IMG/VR virus record: IMGVR_UViG_3300006737_000072
Coordinates: 1 to 37,373 of that record
Strand: one strand, 5' to 3'
DNA from: a virus
Lineage: Duplodnaviria > Caudoviricetes
Length of the DNA stretch: 37,373 nt
Shown one piece after another: positions 1-6,721 of this stretch. Under the pieces are notes generated by a model. The model had not been told where the DNA came from and did no database searches. It worked only from the letters and a program-made list of their open reading frames with translations. The stretch's first letter is position 1. Each line of letters opens with the position of its first letter. The translations under genes and the position numbers were made by a program.

Positions 1-187
1 AGTGCTTGTCCTCGAACCGTTCGGCCATGGCCTTCCGCTTCTTGAACTCATCCCTCAACTTCAAGACGGTGGTGGTACCCGTGCGAGGCTCGGCCCAAGC
101 CTGCTCCATTGCATCCTCGGCTCGGTCAGCAGCCAGCAACAGAAGTTGGTGGTGCTGGTACAGGTATTGGTCAGGGTGCTTACTCAT
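1..187 (-). CDS. Hypothetical protein, runs off the window edge (MSKHPDQYLYQHHQLLLLAADRAEDAMEQ...)
   Basis: ATG at 187 preceded by AAAGGAG; frame open to position 1; same orientation as the early genes. Confidence 0.75.
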   Translation of the reverse strand, partial: MSKHPDQYLYQHHQLLLLAADRAEDAMEQAWAEPRTGTTTVLKLRDEFKKRKAMAERFEDKH

Positions 188-206
188 GATCTGGTCTCCT
201 TTGATC

Positions 207-258
207 TATTCTTCTCTTCTCTTCTCTTGGTCGCATCAGAGCGTGACATCCGTCACGG
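207..258 (-). repeat. Conserved element copy A: CCGTGACGGATGTCACGC-N4-ATGCGACC followed by (AAGAG)n
   Basis: 25/30 identity by eye to 6334-6363, in inverted orientation; both copies are followed by an AAGAG-repeat purine tract. Confidence 0.85.
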
Positions 259-273
259 GCAGGGCTGCCCATC

Positions 274-310
274 CCGCCCCCTCCGCAGAGGGGACAGGTG
301 GGGAGTCGTG
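274..310 (-). terminator. Conserved GC-rich 3' hairpin after the ardC-like gene (terminator or stabiliser, no U-tract)
   Basis: Minus-strand stem CTGTCCCCTC/GAGGGGGCGG with 2 G-U pairs; 32/37 identical to 1757-1793; lies just after the stop codon at 317. Confidence 0.55.
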
Positions 311-316
311 CTGGGA

Positions 317-1246
317 TCAGGCTGTAACAACCTCCTCCTTCTTCTCGGAGGTGGCTGCCTCCTCGGTGGTCCCGAGGATCACGGCTGCCGCCTTCTCGGC
401 ACGGGTGGCCCCGTAGTTCAGGGCGGTGGCATCCTCGCCGCAGCGATCCAGCCAGTTCTTGAGGTAGGCCACGCACTGCTCCTCGTTCAGGTCAGTGCCG
501 GTGTTCGCCATGATCATGGCTGCACCGATCTCGGCCACCAACTCCTCGCGGGCGTAGTCCTTGGACCCGAAGCCGCCGTCGAGTTTGCGACCGAGGCGTG
601 ACTTGGCCCCGGTGGCGTGGCAGCATTCGTGGGCCAGAGTCTGGGCGTAGCCCTTGTTTCCGTCCTTGAACTGCTTGACCTCGGGCATGTGGATGCAGTC
701 CATGGATGGGATGTAGCAGGCTTGATCGCCGCCGTCGTGGACCTGCACACCTTCGGCGTTGCACCAGTCGAGGCAGGTGGTCTCGGCGGCGGTGATGGCA
801 TCCTCGACCGAGAGGCCGGTTACGGGGCCGCAGATGCGGTCAAGGCGTGCTTCAAGTTTGGTCAACTCCTCGGCAGGCACATCGCACTGCTCGATGTTGA
901 ACACGTTGAAGGTCTTGAACAGCGGGATACGCTTCATCTCGCCATCCTCCTCCTTGTGGAGCCACTTCCAGAAGAAGACGGTGGTGGCCTTCTCGCCCTT
1001 GCGGACGGACCCGCCGAGGTTCTTGACCTGCTTGAAGGTGAGATACCACGGGCTGGAGTAGCCGTTGAAGGCCAGCATCAGAGAGTTCATGCCGGTGTAG
1101 GGGCGACCCGTGGACACCGACCGAGGGTAGGATCGACCTTGGGGGCCTTGGAGCCACGGCAAGATCCATGGCTTGATGTTGCCGGACTCAAGGGCGGTGG
1201 TGAGGGTGGTGACGGTGTTGGAACAGTGGTCTTGGAATTTGGTCAT
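317..1246 (-). CDS. ardC: ArdC-like antirestriction/ssDNA-binding protein with C-terminal zincin-like metallopeptidase domain
   Basis: Motifs PWILPW, TGRPYTGMN, YLTFKQVKNLGGSVRKGEKA, FNVFNIEQ, HECCHATG (HExxH), YAREELVAEIGA, YLKNW; RBS GGAGTATCCCA-ATG. Confidence 0.92.
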   Translation of the reverse strand: MTKFQDHCSNTVTTLTTALESGNIKPWILPWLQGPQGRSYPRSVSTGRPYTGMNSLMLAFNGYSSPWYLTFKQVKNLGGSVRKGEKATTVFFWKWLHKEEDGEMKRIPLFKTFNVFNIEQCDVPAEELTKLEARLDRICGPVTGLSVEDAITAAETTCLDWCNAEGVQVHDGGDQACYIPSMDCIHMPEVKQFKDGNKGYAQTLAHECCHATGAKSRLGRKLDGGFGSKDYAREELVAEIGAAMIMANTGTDLNEEQCVAYLKNWLDRCGEDATALNYGATRAEKAAAVILGTTEEAATSEKKEEVVTA

Positions 1247-1268
1247 TGGGATACTCCGGGAAAGGGGT

Positions 1269-1337
1269 TCAGATGAAGAGGCCGTTGCGGTCGCAGTCGG
1301 CGAGGAATTGTTCTTGTTCAGGGGTGAGTGGGGTCAT
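1269..1337 (-). CDS. 22-aa small ORF MTPLTPEQEQFLADCDRNGLFI
   Basis: AGGAGG Shine-Dalgarno; ATG 2 nt after the upstream stop; fills the gap before ardC. Not in the supplied ORF track. Confidence 0.6.
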   Translation of the reverse strand: MTPLTPEQEQFLADCDRNGLFI

Positions 1338-1339
1338 GG

Positions 1340-1684
1340 TCAATCCTCCTGTCCGGGGATGTCATCGAGGCTGTCGAAGCCAGAGAAGAAGTTGGGGTGA
1401 GTCTGGGGGATGAAGGCCAGAGAGCGGTCAGAGACCATGCTGGCGGAGCCGGGACGGTGCAGTTGGCGGATCTTGCGATTGCCGTCAGCATCGGTATTGA
1501 TCTTGGTGAACACGGTGGTCGTGCCAGAGACCGTGTGAAACTCCAAGGTGAAGGACAGGCCGCTTGGTCGGTCGCCCGTCAACTCGATGACGGAGGGAGC
1601 AACCGGGAACCACTTGCCGAGGCCGTGGTCGCGGACCAGCAGAACGAAGTCTGCGAGGGCGGGATGTGAGTCGATGCTGGTCAT
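1340..1684 (-). CDS. Hypothetical early protein (114 aa)
   Basis: AGGAGATCCC-ATG; directly downstream of promoter P1. Confidence 0.8.
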   Translation of the reverse strand: MTSIDSHPALADFVLLVRDHGLGKWFPVAPSVIELTGDRPSGLSFTLEFHTVSGTTTVFTKINTDADGNRKIRQLHRPGSASMVSDRSLAFIPQTHPNFFSGFDSLDDIPGQED

Positions 1685-1705
1685 GGGATCTCCTGTTGAA
1701 TGTGA

Positions 1706-1734
1706 ATCATAGCAAAGTGCCAGAGGTGTGTCAA
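1706..1734 (-). promoter_or_regulatory. Sigma70-type promoter P1
   Basis: TTGACA-17 nt-TATGAT with extended -10 TG. Confidence 0.88.
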
Positions 1735-1756
1735 GTGGCTGTCAGGGCCGCTCAGT

Positions 1757-1793
1757 CCGCCCCCTCCGGGGAGGGGACAGTTGAGGGGTCGTG
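1757..1793 (-). terminator. Conserved GC-rich 3' hairpin, second copy
   Basis: Same stem as 274-310 with a different loop (CCCG vs TGCG); immediately after the stop at 1795. Confidence 0.55.
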
Positions 1794-1794
1794 A

Positions 1795-2304
1795 TCACCG
1801 GCAGAGGTCGCGGTCGCCGTAGGCATCAAATTCGGCACGTTCACGGGCCACCTCGTACTCGGATTCAAGGCGGTCCTCCATGATGCGGTCGAATGGTCCA
1901 ACAACGTGGTCATGCTCCAGATCGCCCACCACATCCTTGAGGCCACCGTGGGTTTGACTGAGGGCGGTGTTCAGGAAGTATTCAAGCGGGGTCTGGCCCA
2001 CGAGATGACTGACCTTCAAGGCCCCGTCGTGGAACACGTTGGCTTCCCAAGACCAGTTGGTGGTCATGACGCGGGCGACGATTCGGCCCTCGATTTGCTG
2101 GTATCGGGCCAGAACGTAGAAGCCTTTCCAGACCCTGACCACAGCGAGAACGTCGCCTTCGGGCCGGGACAGGTCAGCGACCATGGCATCGTCGCAGGTG
2201 AACAAGGCCAGAGATTCGTGGCGGTCCATGCGGGCGTGCTTGGCCTCAAGGAACTCAGAGGCTTTGACGAAGCAGTCGAACGAGATTGGTGCGGATGGGG
2301 TCAT
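1795..2304 (-). CDS. Hypothetical early protein (169 aa)
   Basis: GGAGTATCCC-ATG; downstream of hammerhead HH1. Confidence 0.82.
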   Translation of the reverse strand: MTPSAPISFDCFVKASEFLEAKHARMDRHESLALFTCDDAMVADLSRPEGDVLAVVRVWKGFYVLARYQQIEGRIVARVMTTNWSWEANVFHDGALKVSHLVGQTPLEYFLNTALSQTHGGLKDVVGDLEHDHVVGPFDRIMEDRLESEYEVARERAEFDAYGDRDLCR

Positions 2305-2326
2305 GGGATACTCCAGTTGGGTTGGG

Positions 2327-2385
2327 TGGCAGGCTCATCAGTCCGGGGATGCCAGCCCCGAAGACGGCCCGAAGGCCGTTTCGCC
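2327..2385 (-). ncRNA. Type II hammerhead ribozyme HH1
   Basis: GGC-GAAA-CGGCC(UUCG)GGCCG-UC-UUCGGGG(CUGGCAU)CCCCGGA-CUGAUGA-GCC-UGCCA. Complete catalytic core, GUC cleavage triplet (2365-2363), and loop I/3' tail pseudoknot. Confidence 0.95.
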
Positions 2386-2395
2386 GTGGTCAAGA

Positions 2396-2794
2396 TCAGC
2401 GGTCCATGCTGGTCAGGGCCTCGATGATTTCGTCCAGCACCCCGCATGCCTTGAAGCCGCTGGAGTGGAACAGGGAGTCGGTGTTGATCGCCATCTCGCC
2501 ATCGTCAAACTCCTCGATCATCTTGGACACAGCCTCAGCGATCTCGGCACGGGAGATGGACCAGTCGTGGCCGACCGAATCATTGAAGGCGACCTGATAG
2601 TCGGAGCCGGGAGAGGTCTGGTACAGGTCGCCCCAGATCACTGCACCGTTGTCGATGTCGCCATCCCACTTGAAGCCGTAGTCGAACATCTCGACTCCAC
2701 GGTGGGAATACAGGAACCGAATGTGGACGGCATCCTTGGTGACGGCGAGGACGTTGACTTGAAGTTGGCCGAGATGGTAGATGGTGTTGGACAT
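2396..2794 (-). CDS. Hypothetical early protein (132 aa, start revised to MSNTIY)
   Basis: GGAGTATCCC-ATG at 2794; the longer start at 2821 falls inside the -10 box of P2. Confidence 0.82.
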   Translation of the reverse strand: MSNTIYHLGQLQVNVLAVTKDAVHIRFLYSHRGVEMFDYGFKWDGDIDNGAVIWGDLYQTSPGSDYQVAFNDSVGHDWSISRAEIAEAVSKMIEEFDDGEMAINTDSLFHSSGFKACGVLDEIIEALTSMDR

Positions 2795-2816
2795 GGGATA
2801 CTCCGTTGGGATGTTT

Positions 2817-2845
2817 ATCATAGCAAAGTGTTAAGGGTGTGTCAA
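2817..2845 (-). promoter_or_regulatory. Sigma70-type promoter P2
   Basis: TTGACA-17 nt-TATGAT with extended -10; shares CCTGACAGCCACTTGACACAC and CACTTTGCTATGAT with P1. Confidence 0.88.
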
Positions 2846-2852
2846 GTGGCTG

Positions 2853-3239
2853 TCAGGACCAATCGCCCCGGTCAGAGTTTTGAAGTTGCTTCTCCTCTCG
2901 GTCGCAGAAGTCACCGTAGTCGGCATCGGACGCATCCTGCTGGATCACATCGCAGAGCGTGATTTGGAGAAAGGATTTGCCATTGCCGCCGACAGCCTTG
3001 ACCGTGTACCCGAAGGCGTTCAGGGCATTGGTGAGGCGGTCAAGGATGTAGCGGCTACCACGGGTGTTGGTTAGGTCGCAATCCACGAAGGCGGCAGCAG
3101 TACCACCGCCGGACTCGGACAGCGTGAATTTCCAGTCAAACTTGATCTCTTCGCCGCACTGGGCAACGATCAGGTTGAAGGTGGACTCGATGGCGTTTTG
3201 TATGGCGAAGTTGAATTCGGAAGGGTTGGTCGGGTTCAT
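2853..3239 (-). CDS. Hypothetical early protein (128 aa)
   Basis: GGAGTATCCC-ATG; downstream of hammerhead HH2. Confidence 0.82.
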   Translation of the reverse strand: MNPTNPSEFNFAIQNAIESTFNLIVAQCGEEIKFDWKFTLSESGGGTAAAFVDCDLTNTRGSRYILDRLTNALNAFGYTVKAVGGNGKSFLQITLCDVIQQDASDADYGDFCDREEKQLQNSDRGDWS

Positions 3240-3261
3240 GGGATACTCCAGTTGGATCAGG

Positions 3262-3321
3262 TGGCAGACTCATCAGTCAGGGCATGCCAAGCCCTGAGAC
3301 AGGCCAGTGGCCTGTTTCGTC
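3262..3321 (-). ncRNA. Type II hammerhead ribozyme HH2
   Basis: GAC-GAAA-CAGGCC(ACU)GGCCUG-UC-UCAGGGC(UUGGCAU)GCCCUGA-CUGAUGA-GUC-UGCCA. All three stems show compensatory changes relative to HH1. Confidence 0.95.
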
Positions 3322-3334
3322 GGGGAAGGGGAGG

Positions 3335-3625
3335 TCAGTCGAGAAGGAGGCCCTCCTCGAAGTGATAGACCGCAGCCTCCCACCCTGTGATGTAGTGGGC
3401 ATATCCCCACTGGGCGTAGCCGACGGCATCCATCTCGCGGCGGATTTGGTCATGGCTGACGAATGCGACGGCATACTCGGACCCCTTGCCATCTTTGAAA
3501 ACCCGATGGGCCTCTGGGGTCCACTCGACGATGATGACCCAGCCGCCATTGACGGTCTTGGATTGAAGGATTTCGCAGCCATTGAGATGGGAGGGAAGGG
3601 CAACGATTGAGGTGATCTCGGTCAT
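3335..3625 (-). CDS. Hypothetical early protein (96 aa)
   Basis: GGAGATTCACC-ATG; first gene after promoter P3. Confidence 0.8.
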   Translation of the reverse strand: MTEITSIVALPSHLNGCEILQSKTVNGGWVIIVEWTPEAHRVFKDGKGSEYAVAFVSHDQIRREMDAVGYAQWGYAHYITGWEAAVYHFEEGLLLD

Positions 3626-3659
3626 GGTGAATCTCCGGTGCCAACAGCGGCACAGTCAG

Positions 3660-3688
3660 ATAGTAGCAGAAGGTCAACCCTGTGTCAA
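3660..3688 (-). promoter_or_regulatory. Sigma70-type promoter P3
   Basis: TTGACA-17 nt-TACTAT with extended -10 TG; a small hairpin GTGCCG/TGGCAC (3638-3653) sits near the predicted transcript 5' end. Confidence 0.8.
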
Positions 3689-3880
3689 ATGGTGGGTGAG
3701 CGTTAGGTGTCTGTTAGGGTCAGACATGGCACAGTGACATCATATGTCTGTCATAGATGCTCTGAGAATGTCGATTGCCCTACCCCAAACGGGTGTCACA
3801 ATCCATCCTTCAGCCCACATTCAGGCCCGACAGCCGTACCTATCGCACACGGCGGACCATCCACACGTAGAGTAAGAGCC

Positions 3881-4582
3881 ATGGATGTACCCAGTAACCC
3901 GAGACCAGATCCCAGTCACCGTCAGCAGCCAGCAGGGGGAGAGACAGAGACAGGGCACAGCACCCTACACGCGAGGCAGTCAGGCCAGCAGGATGGGCAG
4001 GCAGGCGAGCAAGAGGGGGGTGGGGGTTCGCAGGTCAGCCGGGTCGATGCCCCTAGTCAGGGTTCCCGGACAGGGGGGGACTCTGAGATCACTGACTTGG
4101 ATCTGTCTGACCTCAAGACCAAGGAATGGCTGGCCTTGCCTCCGGCCAAGAGACCGAGGGAAGTGAACGAGGCTCTGTATCTCGCGAACAGGCGTGAGGG
4201 TTGGAGTGCTACGGAGGCATGTCGCCGCGCAGGGATGTCGTACTACACCATGGCTGCATGGCGGACAAAAGTCGCAGGCTTCCGTGACAGGGAGGCTCAA
4301 GCGGAGGCTCAGGGTGACATGTCGATGTTGGACATGCTGAAGGGGATGGCCTTGTCTGCCGAGGATGAGCGGAACCGGATTCGGGCGGCGGAAGTATGGC
4401 TCCGGGCTAGGCTGCCTCGGGTTGAACGTGTTGAGTTGTCGGGTCCCAACGGGGGTCCACTTATGGGTGTTGGTGTTGAGGCCAAGCAGGTTCAACAGGC
4501 GATATCGGTTTGGTCGGGTAGGCTCGGGATGCAGCGTGACGATGCTGGCCCTCAGAGCCTGCCTGAGAGTGATCAGGAGTAA
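3881..4582 (+). CDS. terS: Terminase small subunit (start uncertain)
   Basis: HTH-like SATEACRRAGMSYYTMAAWR, AAEVWLRAR and a VELSGPNGGPL tail; immediately upstream of the large terminase. Confidence 0.8.
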   Translation: MDVPSNPRPDPSHRQQPAGGETETGHSTLHARQSGQQDGQAGEQEGGGGSQVSRVDAPSQGSRTGGDSEITDLDLSDLKTKEWLALPPAKRPREVNEALYLANRREGWSATEACRRAGMSYYTMAAWRTKVAGFRDREAQAEAQGDMSMLDMLKGMALSAEDERNRIRAAEVWLRARLPRVERVELSGPNGGPLMGVGVEAKQVQQAISVWSGRLGMQRDDAGPQSLPESDQE

Positions 4583-4590
4583 ATCAGGGT

Positions 4591-6333
4591 ATGGACACCA
4601 CTTTGGTTTCAAACATCCGTACGGTCCTTTCAGGGGCCAAGGCTCCCGAGGACTTTGGGTGGGGGCCTAATGACGTAGCGGCGTGGAAAGAGTTGATCGC
4701 TGGGGACCCCGTGGCGTTCATGACTCTTGGTGTTTGGTCTCGGCGGGTCAAGGAGGTTGATCCAGTAACGGGTGAGGACCGGCCTGCGGTTCATCCGCTT
4801 GTGCCGTTCATCCCGTGGAAGGCTCAGGCCGACATGATCTACAGCATGGTGGCGGCGGTTGAGTCTGGTCAGGACATCGCTGTAGCCAAGAGTCGGGAAA
4901 CGGGCGTGTCGGTTATTAGTACCGCCATCTCGGTTTGGGGCTGGTTGTTCAAGAAGTGGGATGTGTTGTTGTGTTCTCGGACTGAGGCTCTGGTTGATCG
5001 GTCTGGTGACCCTGATACCCTGTTTGCCAAGGTTGAGCATGTCCTCAAGTACCTCCCGCCCCAGTGGCTGCCCTGCCCGTTGCAGGACTTGCAGTCAGGT
5101 GGACGGCGGAGGCGGCACTGTATTTTGGAGCATCCTGATGGAAACGCGATTACGGGTGAAGCAACGACGAGCCACATCGGTCGTGGTGCGAGAAAGACGG
5201 TGGTGGTTTTTGATGAGGCCGCTTCACAGGATCGCTTTGAGTCTGGTTGGCGGTCGGCGGCTGACACGGCTGCGAGTCGTTGGGCGGTCTCAACCCACTT
5301 GGTGGGGTCGTATTTCACGAACACTCTGTGGGAGACTGCGAAATCTACTGAGTCGCCCGTCCCGATTCTGCTGACCTACGTCGATGACCCACAAAAGTCG
5401 GCGGGGGGGTCTTGGACAATCGACCCAGACGGATCAATCACTGGGGACCCCGGTCGAAGTTACTACTGGTCACCATGGCTTGAAATGCAACGCAAGCGGC
5501 GGGATGTGCATGACCTTCGTGAGAACGTGTTGGCCCTGCCATCGTCCCAAGGTCGCGGGTTCTTCCCCGTGGTGGACACCGAACGTCAACGCCAGCACAT
5601 CCAAAAGCCCCGTCGATGCAACGTGGTGGACGGCAAACTGGTGGATTCACCTACCGGGCACTGGCGAATCTTCATGGAGCCGGACGAGAACTCCAATCTG
5701 GTCGCGTTTATGGACCCTGCCTACGGCACTGGATCAGCAAACGCCTGCATCGTGATGATGGATACCAACCTGAGAGAGGTGGTTGCCACATACGTTGACC
5801 CCACCTGCCCCCCTTACGACCTGTCGCGAGAGATCGTCATGGCTGCCCGTTCATGGGCTAGGGGTCGCTCAGACATGCTGATCGGCTGGGAAGTCAACGG
5901 GCCGGGTTCGTCCATGCACCATGACTTTGAACGCCTGCGATGGTTCAATATCTTTCACCACAAGCGATTAGGCCAGCGAGTCGAGACCAGAACCAAGCGA
6001 GTGGGCTGGACATCCACGCGGGTGACCAAGCGGGTCCTGTTTGCTGACCTTGCCCGCGCATTGGCCGACGACACAATCGTGTGTCCTGACGAAGAGATCA
6101 TTGACGAACTGGATTCCACGGTGGTTTACAAGGATGGGTCTTTGGGTCCCGCCCGGCTGGAGGTTGATGCTTCGTCCGGTGCAAGGGAAGCCCATGGTGA
6201 CCGGGTTGTTGCTTTCGCCGGGGCTGTGATGTTGCTCGACGATGCCAACCCAGACGCTGAACGCCCAGACCCCAACTACGGAATGCCCGATTTCAGCCTT
6301 GGGAACATGTTAAACATGGATGAACTGCTGTAA
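4591..6333 (+). CDS. terL: Terminase large subunit
   Basis: Walker A-like VAKSRETGVS, Walker B VVVFDEAA, nuclease acidic motifs FMDPAYG and HGDRVVA. Confidence 0.93.
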   Translation: MDTTLVSNIRTVLSGAKAPEDFGWGPNDVAAWKELIAGDPVAFMTLGVWSRRVKEVDPVTGEDRPAVHPLVPFIPWKAQADMIYSMVAAVESGQDIAVAKSRETGVSVISTAISVWGWLFKKWDVLLCSRTEALVDRSGDPDTLFAKVEHVLKYLPPQWLPCPLQDLQSGGRRRRHCILEHPDGNAITGEATTSHIGRGARKTVVVFDEAASQDRFESGWRSAADTAASRWAVSTHLVGSYFTNTLWETAKSTESPVPILLTYVDDPQKSAGGSWTIDPDGSITGDPGRSYYWSPWLEMQRKRRDVHDLRENVLALPSSQGRGFFPVVDTERQRQHIQKPRRCNVVDGKLVDSPTGHWRIFMEPDENSNLVAFMDPAYGTGSANACIVMMDTNLREVVATYVDPTCPPYDLSREIVMAARSWARGRSDMLIGWEVNGPGSSMHHDFERLRWFNIFHHKRLGQRVETRTKRVGWTSTRVTKRVLFADLARALADDTIVCPDEEIIDELDSTVVYKDGSLGPARLEVDASSGAREAHGDRVVAFAGAVMLLDDANPDAERPDPNYGMPDFSLGNMLNMDELL

Positions 6334-6398
6334 CCGTGACAGATGTCACGCATAAATGCGACCTAGATAAGAGAAGAGAACATAAGAGAAGAAAAGAG
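6334..6398 (+). repeat. Conserved element copy B: CCGTGACAGATGTCACGC-N4-ATGCGACC plus AAGAG tract
   Basis: Inverted copy of 207-258; contains the palindrome CGTGAC-N4-GTCACG. Confidence 0.85.
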
Positions 6399-6412
6399 CG
6401 TACAGTCAAACC

Positions 6413-6721
6413 ATGTCAATGATTCGCGTCATGAACTGCTACTTGCCCCTGAATGCGATATCAGCGGTTGAGATCAAGCACACCGGGGCTGTTGTCCACC
6501 TTAGTCCCGATACTGCTGATGTTCTTTCACGCAATCAAATTGAAGTGCCGATAGATGACACGCCAGCCCTATGCGATTGGCTTGACGCGATGATTGAGCC
6601 ACCTTTGGTTTTGCACAGGTCGCTGATTGAAGAGAACACTGAGCCGGTTGAGCCAGTGGATTACAAACCGCCAAAGAAGGCTCCGGCCAGAAAGCCTAGA
6701 GGTAAACGTGCTTCGGATTGA
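6413..6721 (+). CDS. Hypothetical protein (102 aa, basic C-terminal tail)
   Basis: Fills the terL-portal gap; protein-like composition. Confidence 0.75.
   Translation: MSMIRVMNCYLPLNAISAVEIKHTGAVVHLSPDTADVLSRNQIEVPIDDTPALCDWLDAMIEPPLVLHRSLIEENTEPVEPVDYKPPKKAPARKPRGKRASD

Noticed and set aside
225-270. Possible third hammerhead (CTGATGCG after a hairpin on the minus strand)
   Set aside because: The core is CUGAUGC rather than CUGAUGA, and there is no GAAA/stem III/NUH arrangement; better explained as repeat element A.
1240-3330. CRISPR array or integron attC sites suggested by recurring intergenic repeats
   Set aside because: Repeats are separated by whole genes, differ in type, and resolve into promoters, RBSs and ribozymes; no cas or integron integrase gene and no attC-like pattern recognised.
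2-3610. Long plus-strand ORFs (2-601, 617-1276, 1906-2427, 2183-2962, 3284-3610)
   Set aside because: Antisense shadows of high-GC3 minus-strand genes; promoters, RBSs and ribozymes all point leftward.
3707-3880. N-terminal extension of terS from GTG 3707
   Set aside because: No convincing RBS, and it spans the divergent control region; ATG 3881 or a later start is more plausible.
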